In this document: in pieces, positions 59,242 through 64,000 of the stretch
How the letters are laid out: each line of letters opens with the position of its first letter
Position numbering within the stretch: position 1 is the stretch's first letter
Assembly: GCA_963781885.1 (NCBI GenBank)
Contig: CAWAHW010000002.1
Span: 864,001-928,000, forward strand
Direction: 5' to 3'
Length of the DNA: 64,000 bases
Source: an uncultured Spirochaetota bacterium
GTDB taxonomy: Bacteria > Spirochaetota > Spirochaetia > SZUA-6 > Fen-1364
Made by a program: the position numbers and the translations under genes
Notes under the pieces: model-generated
What the model was told of the DNA's origin: nothing
What the model saw: only the letters and a program-made list of their open reading frames with translations
The model's database searches: none

Positions 59242-60642
59242 CTATCTTTTTCTGCTCACCGGCGCATCAGTGACCGGGCACGGGTAAGAGCCAGAGAAGC
59301 AGGCGGTGCAGTAGTCCCCGGGGTTCGGCACGCATCGGCGCAGCTCGTCCAGCGACAGGAAACGCACGGAGTCCGCGTCGATCTCCCGGGCGATCCCGTC
59401 GGGATCGAGCCGATTGGAGATGAGCTCTTCCTTGGTCGGTATATCGATGCCGTAGAAGCAGGGAAACCGGATGGGCGGGGAGGACATCCGCAGGTGCACC
59501 TCGCGCGCCCCTGCTTCGCGCAGCAGCCGCACGATCTGGCGCGACGTGGTGCCGCGTACAAGCGAATCGTCCACCACGGCCACGCTCCTGCCCGCGATGG
59601 CTTCCCGCACGGGATGCAGCTTCATGCGCACGCCCCACTCGCGCATGGCGACCGTGGGCTGGATGAAGGTGCGGCCCGTGTAGTGGTTGCGCTGGAGACC
59701 CAGCTCGAGGGGCACGCCTGAAGCCTGCGCATAGCCCAGGGCCGCGCTGTTGCCGCTGTCGGGCACGGCGATCACGATGTCGGGCCTGATGGTGTCGGTG
59801 CGCGCGAGCATCTCTCCCATGCGCTTGCGCGCCATGTGCACCGATTCGCCGTAGACCACCGAGTCGGGCCGGGCAAAATAGATCAGCTCGAAGATGCAGT
59901 GCGCGCGGCGCCCGACCTCCGCGTGCGGCAGCCGCTCGGAGCTCACGGTCGTCCCGTCCACGGTGACGAGCTCACCCGGGGCGATCTCCCGGATGTCGCG
60001 CGCTTCGAACATTTCCAGCGCGCAGGTCTCCGAAGCGATGATGACCTGTCCGTCACGCGTGCCCATCACCAGAGGGCGGAAGCCGTACGGGTCGCGCACG
60101 GCATACATCCTGGCGTCATGCATCATGAGGAAGCAGTACGCGCCCTGTATCTCCCGCAGGCATTCGATGAGCGCGTCCTTGAATGTCGGCTGGCGCGACC
60201 GGGCGATCATGTGGAGGAGGAGCTCCGTGTCCGAGGTGCTCTGGAAAATGGAGCCCTCCGCGACCAGCTTCCGCTGCAGCTCCTCTGAATTGGAGATGTT
60301 GCCATTGTGGGCAAGGGAGATTTCGCCCTTGCTGCACGACACGACGATGGGCTGCGCGTTTTCCAGCTTGTTCGTGCCCTGGGTGGAGTAGCGCACGTGC
60401 CCGATGCCCAGCCGCGATGAGTGCGTCTCAGAAAGATAGTGGGAGAGCGCCTGCGTGACCATGCCGACGCTGCGGTACGACCTGATGCGTCCATGCCTCT
60501 GGTAGGCAAGACCCGCGCTTTCCTGGCCCCTGTGCTGGAGTGAGAACAGCCCGTAGAAGAGCAGCTCGGGCATGTTGACCTCCTCTCGCGAGGAGATGCC
60601 CACGATGCCGCAGTGATGCCGGAGCGATTCGCCGTCTTCCAC
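59242..60642 (-). CDS. purF: Amidophosphoribosyltransferase (propeptide/Fe-S type)
   Basis: CGI after ~10 aa propeptide, QHRGQES, HNGN, VDDSLVRGTT, Cys in CIFE, PCFYG, YCTAC; GTG start inferred. Confidence 0.97.
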   Translation of the reverse strand: MEDGESLRHHCGIVGISSREEVNMPELLFYGLFSLQHRGQESAGLAYQRHGRIRSYRSVGMVTQALSHYLSETHSSRLGIGHVRYSTQGTNKLENAQPIVVSCSKGEISLAHNGNISNSEELQRKLVAEGSIFQSTSDTELLLHMIARSRQPTFKDALIECLREIQGAYCFLMMHDARMYAVRDPYGFRPLVMGTRDGQVIIASETCALEMFEARDIREIAPGELVTVDGTTVSSERLPHAEVGRRAHCIFELIYFARPDSVVYGESVHMARKRMGEMLARTDTIRPDIVIAVPDSGNSAALGYAQASGVPLELGLQRNHYTGRTFIQPTVAMREWGVRMKLHPVREAIAGRSVAVVDDSLVRGTTSRQIVRLLREAGAREVHLRMSSPPIRFPCFYGIDIPTKEELISNRLDPDGIAREIDADSVRFLSLDELRRCVPNPGDYCTACFSGSYPCPVTDAPVSRKR

Positions 60643-60681
60643 GCCGGAATGAAACACAAAAGGGGGGTGCGAGTCAACACG

Positions 60682-60703
60682 GCCACGGTACCCCGTGGCA
60701 TTC
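60682..60703. repeat. Palindromic unit of the AAAT/GAAT-footed family
   Basis: GCCACGG-TACC-CCGTGGC-ATTC, near-identical to 243-264. Confidence 0.75.
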
Positions 60704-60738
60704 AGAACGGCGCTGCCGGCTTGACGGCGCCGGCGGGG

Positions 60739-61416
60739 TCAGCTCTTCTTCACCTTGCGGATGTCCTTCAGGTAGTTGTAAACGGTGAATTTCGTAACAC
60801 CCATTTTCCTGGCCAGGACGTCCACGGAGCCTTTCAGGTTGAAGAGGCCCTGGACGTAGAGCTCGTGGACGATCCGCCTGTTTCTTTCTATCGATGAAAC
60901 GCCGCTCATGATGGAGAACCTTTGGACGGCTGAGCGGTACGAGTTCTCTATGAGATTTTCCGCGGTGGGCGAATAATGCTCCGCGATCTTCGTGCCCGGC
61001 ACGTCCTGCCCGATGGCCGGGAAGGTTGCCAGGAGGTCGACGAGCGACCCGGACAGGTTGAAGTTGATGCAGAGAAAGCCGATCAGCTTACCCCTTCGAT
61101 TGCGGATACATGTGGTGACGGAATGCACCACCTTGCCGCCGGACACCGTTGAGGTATAGGGCCCGATAACATCCGAATCGTGGGTTTTCGATTCGTTCAG
61201 GACCCCCAGGGCGAGATCGGTAAGGGGCGCACCCACCTTCCGGCCCGTCACATGCCCGTTGACGATCTTGATCACGGAATGGGTCGGATCTTCGAGCGAA
61301 TGCACAACGACCTCTGTTTCGCTCCCGAAACAGCGCGCGATGCCGACCGCGATGTTTGCATAGTTGCTCAAAAGCGACTTCTCTTCCGCCGAAAACTGTT
61401 TTTTAATGTTTTCCAA
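60739..61416 (-). CDS. YheO/DauR-like PAS + HTH transcriptional regulator
   Basis: EVVVHSL, I.NGHVTGRKVG.P.TD, G.LCINF, GLF.LKGSV..A..GV...TVYNYL; TTG start inferred. Confidence 0.9.
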   Translation of the reverse strand: MENIKKQFSAEEKSLLSNYANIAVGIARCFGSETEVVVHSLEDPTHSVIKIVNGHVTGRKVGAPLTDLALGVLNESKTHDSDVIGPYTSTVSGGKVVHSVTTCIRNRRGKLIGFLCINFNLSGSLVDLLATFPAIGQDVPGTKIAEHYSPTAENLIENSYRSAVQRFSIMSGVSSIERNRRIVHELYVQGLFNLKGSVDVLARKMGVTKFTVYNYLKDIRKVKKS

Positions 61417-61515
61417 TGTGTCGGTCCCCCGACTCCTAATATAGCGTTCGCCTTCCACAAAGCAAGCCGTCAATTCAAGAAAGACAAAATATTTGAAACA
61501 ATCAACAAAATTGTC

Positions 61516-61544
61516 TTGACAACCCATTGCGTCGGGCATATTCT
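61516..61544 (+). promoter_or_regulatory. sigma70-type promoter of ABC transporter operon
   Basis: TTGACA-N17-TATTCT in AT-rich divergent gap. Confidence 0.65.
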
Positions 61545-61743
61545 ACGGAACGAAAAACAGGAAAGGGCGGCGCGTCGCGGTCCTATCCGGTCTGGACGAA
61601 AAGGTTGGAGCAGGGAAGATGATGGGCGAACAATCATGCGCAGGGTTGTTTCGGCGGTGCCGGCCGGAGGCGCGTCGCGCTCAATCGAACTGACGTTGGC
61701 GTTCTACCGAAAGGTTGAAATCAATCAGAGGAGGTCGGAGAAA

Positions 61744-63075
61744 ATGAAGGTTTCTGGGAGAGTAATAACTCTGGCGAATGTGCTCCTGGTCTCGTGTCTG
61801 CTGTGCGCGCCTGTCGTCGCGCAGACCTCGGGTTCCGGAGCCAAGGCGACCATCACCTTTGCGGCCAGAACTGAAACCGGCAACGTGATGGAAGCCCGCA
61901 ATCTCAGCCTGGCAAGATTCGCCGCAAAGTATCCCAATATCACCGTCAAGAGGGAAGAGATGCCTCAGACGGACTTCTGGATCAAAATCACCGCGGAAAT
62001 CGCGGGCGGACAATGCCCCGATGTGATTTCGCTCCCGTACCTGGAGCAGGCCGTGACCTTCGCGGGAAAGGGTCTGCTTGAACCCCTCGATGCGTACATT
62101 GACGGTTCCAGTGGCCTGGATCGAAAGGATTGGATTCCGGAGCTGAGCAACATGGGTGTATACGGCGGCAAACAGCTCGTCCTGCCGGTGGCATTGATGA
62201 CAACGGGTCTCGGCTACAACAAGGACATGTTCGACAAGGCCGGCGTCGCTTACCCGACCGCAAACTGGACGTGGGATGACATGCTGGCCGCCGCAAAGAA
62301 GCTGACCTTGGATGACAAGGGCAGGAACGCCGGGGATCCCGCGTTCAATCCCGACAAGATTGTCCAGTGGGGCATCTATACCTGGTGGTGGAACTCGGAT
62401 TTCGATCTCTACCTGTGGACCTTCGGCGGCAACTGGCTGAGCGAGGACGGGAAAACGTGCCTGCTCGACAGTCCGCAGGCGCTTGCGGCCCTTACGTTCT
62501 ACGGCGACCTCACGCAGAAATACCACGTTGCACCCTACCTGCGTGAGCTGGCACCGGCCCACGGGCATCCGGCCATGATGCAGAAACAGGTTGCAATGGC
62601 GTTCATCGACATCGGCAACATCGCACTGGTCGATGGCGCCGGCATCAACTGGGGCATGGCTCCGATTCCCTTCAAGAAGGACGTTGGCAAGCGCGCGGCT
62701 TTTCTGTACGGGGACGGCGTCGCCATTCTCAAAGGGGCCCAGAACAAGGCCGCAGGCTGGGAGCTTGCAAAATGGCTTGCGGGCCCTGACATGGATCCGC
62801 AGCTCGCAAAGGCCGGCTATGGCTTCCCGCCCTACAAGTCCGCCATGGCCCGGCTGGCATTCAGCCCGAAGGTGAATGTCCTGCTCGACATGGTGCAGAA
62901 AGGGTGGACGCGCGCCATCCGCGCGACCGACTACCAGGGCATGGTCGTCACTCCCTGCAACACACTCATGGAAAGCGCGCTTGCAAAAGGGTCGAGGCCC
63001 GACTACAAGGCCCTGCTCCAGCAGGCCACCGCGCAGTGCACGCAGGCCATTCAAGATGCACCGCCACTGCAGTAG
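61744..63075 (+). CDS. Carbohydrate ABC transporter substrate-binding protein
   Basis: Signal peptide; F..KYP.I.V, PDV, L.PLD, YNKDMFDKAG, WTWDD; GGAGG RBS. Confidence 0.92.
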   Translation: MKVSGRVITLANVLLVSCLLCAPVVAQTSGSGAKATITFAARTETGNVMEARNLSLARFAAKYPNITVKREEMPQTDFWIKITAEIAGGQCPDVISLPYLEQAVTFAGKGLLEPLDAYIDGSSGLDRKDWIPELSNMGVYGGKQLVLPVALMTTGLGYNKDMFDKAGVAYPTANWTWDDMLAAAKKLTLDDKGRNAGDPAFNPDKIVQWGIYTWWWNSDFDLYLWTFGGNWLSEDGKTCLLDSPQALAALTFYGDLTQKYHVAPYLRELAPAHGHPAMMQKQVAMAFIDIGNIALVDGAGINWGMAPIPFKKDVGKRAAFLYGDGVAILKGAQNKAAGWELAKWLAGPDMDPQLAKAGYGFPPYKSAMARLAFSPKVNVLLDMVQKGWTRAIRATDYQGMVVTPCNTLMESALAKGSRPDYKALLQQATAQCTQAIQDAPPLQ

Positions 63076-63092
63076 GAGCTGACACTCCCGGC

Positions 63093-63124
63093 GATGAAGG
63101 TGGCCCCCCGGGGTCACCTTCATC
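63093..63124. other. Intercistronic stem-loop after the substrate-binding protein gene
   Basis: GATGAAGGTGGCCCC-CC-GGGGTCACCTTCATC inverted repeat without U tract. Confidence 0.7.
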
Positions 63125-63142
63125 AGGGAGTGCTGTCGCGCA

Positions 63143-64000
63143 ATGTCAATCGCAAAGCCCTACAGACATTCGACTTTTGAGCAGGCAAAGATGCGGGCGG
63201 TGGTTCTTTTCCTCGCGCCGGCATTGATCATCCTGGTCGTCTTTTCCGTTGTTCCCACACTTGCCGCAGTTGTGCTGAGCTTCATGAAGTGGGACATGCT
63301 CAGCCCCATGAAGTTCAACGGGCTTCGCAACTATTCCCAGCTGCTGGGGGATACGCGCTTCACGGCATCACTGGTGAACACGATCTATTACGTCTGCGGC
63401 TTTGTGCCCTTGTCCGTCATCTTCTCGCTTTTCGTCGCGCTGCTCCTCAATGAAAAGTGGCTGCGCGGCAAGCAGGTCTTTCGCGTCCTCTTTTTCATTC
63501 CCGTGGTCGTCTCGCTCATCGCGGTGGGAATGATCTGGAAATGGATCTACAACCCCGCTTTTGGATTGTTGAACCAACTCCTCGCGCCACTGGGGATTTC
63601 GCGCCAGTTCTGGACGTTGGATCCCGCGCTGGCGATCCCGTCGCTCGTCGTCATGAGCACCTGGCAATGCTTCGGTTACAACGTGGTGATATTCCTGGCG
63701 GGCCTGCTGGCAATCCCCATGGAGCTCTACGAGGCCGCCGCCGTCGACGCGGCCAATGCCGGCCAGCGGTTCCGTCTCATCACCTTCCCGTTGCTCGCGC
63801 CGACCACGATCTTCGTCGTCATCATCTCGGTCATCTCCTCATTCCAGGTTTTTGACCAGATACTCATCCTGGGAGACGTCGGCACGCCTCCCAAGAGCCT
63901 CGTCGTTACGGTTTACTATCTCTATGAGATGGCCTTCGGCTCGTTCAAGATGGGGTATGGAGCCACCATCGGCATCGTCCTTTTCCTCTTCATTCTTGTC
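63143..64000 (+). CDS. Carbohydrate ABC transporter permease (3' truncated by window)
   Basis: Manual translation: FLAPALI, GLRNY, WKWIYNP.FGLLN, EAA loop ELYEAAAVD; open to window end. Confidence 0.92.
   Translation, partial: MSIAKPYRHSTFEQAKMRAVVLFLAPALIILVVFSVVPTLAAVVLSFMKWDMLSPMKFNGLRNYSQLLGDTRFTASLVNTIYYVCGFVPLSVIFSLFVALLLNEKWLRGKQVFRVLFFIPVVVSLIAVGMIWKWIYNPAFGLLNQLLAPLGISRQFWTLDPALAIPSLVVMSTWQCFGYNVVIFLAGLLAIPMELYEAAAVDAANAGQRFRLITFPLLAPTTIFVVIISVISSFQVFDQILILGDVGTPPKSLVVTVYYLYEMAFGSFKMGYGATIGIVLFLFILV

Noticed and set aside
1-64000. Transposases, integrases, prophage genes, rRNA or tRNA genes
   Set aside because: No recognisable motifs in any frame.

Overview
High-GC bacterial chromosome segment, most likely Spirochaetia (inferred from gene order, a spirochaete-type coiled-coil protein, and secY joined directly to rpmJ). 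1-19.6 kb holds the end of rpoC and a contiguous str/S10/spc/alpha ribosomal superoperon (rpsL to rplQ). It is followed by a large acidic membrane protein, rny-ymdB-tlyA, a GerMN protein, ptsI, der, a MerR/UDP-sugar pyrophosphorylase fusion, an NlpC/P60-like protein, a TPR/beta-barrel/TonB cluster, a long coiled-coil protein, grpE-dnaK-dnaJ, an orphan histidine kinase, a lower-GC lipoprotein/barrel pair, buk, two orphan DNA methyltransferases, rlmB, a TetR-controlled double-SDR fusion, purFMNDE, and the start of a sugar ABC transporter. At least eight frameshifts in six genes, including fusA, mostly sit in short base runs and are probably long-read errors. The strongest unexplained signal is a family of short AAAT-footed GC-rich hairpins (REP-like) in intergenic gaps. 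They occur as inverted doublets, tandem arrays and nested copies, and two copies lie inside the rplV coding sequence. All calls come from reading the sequence and ORF track; no database searches were run.
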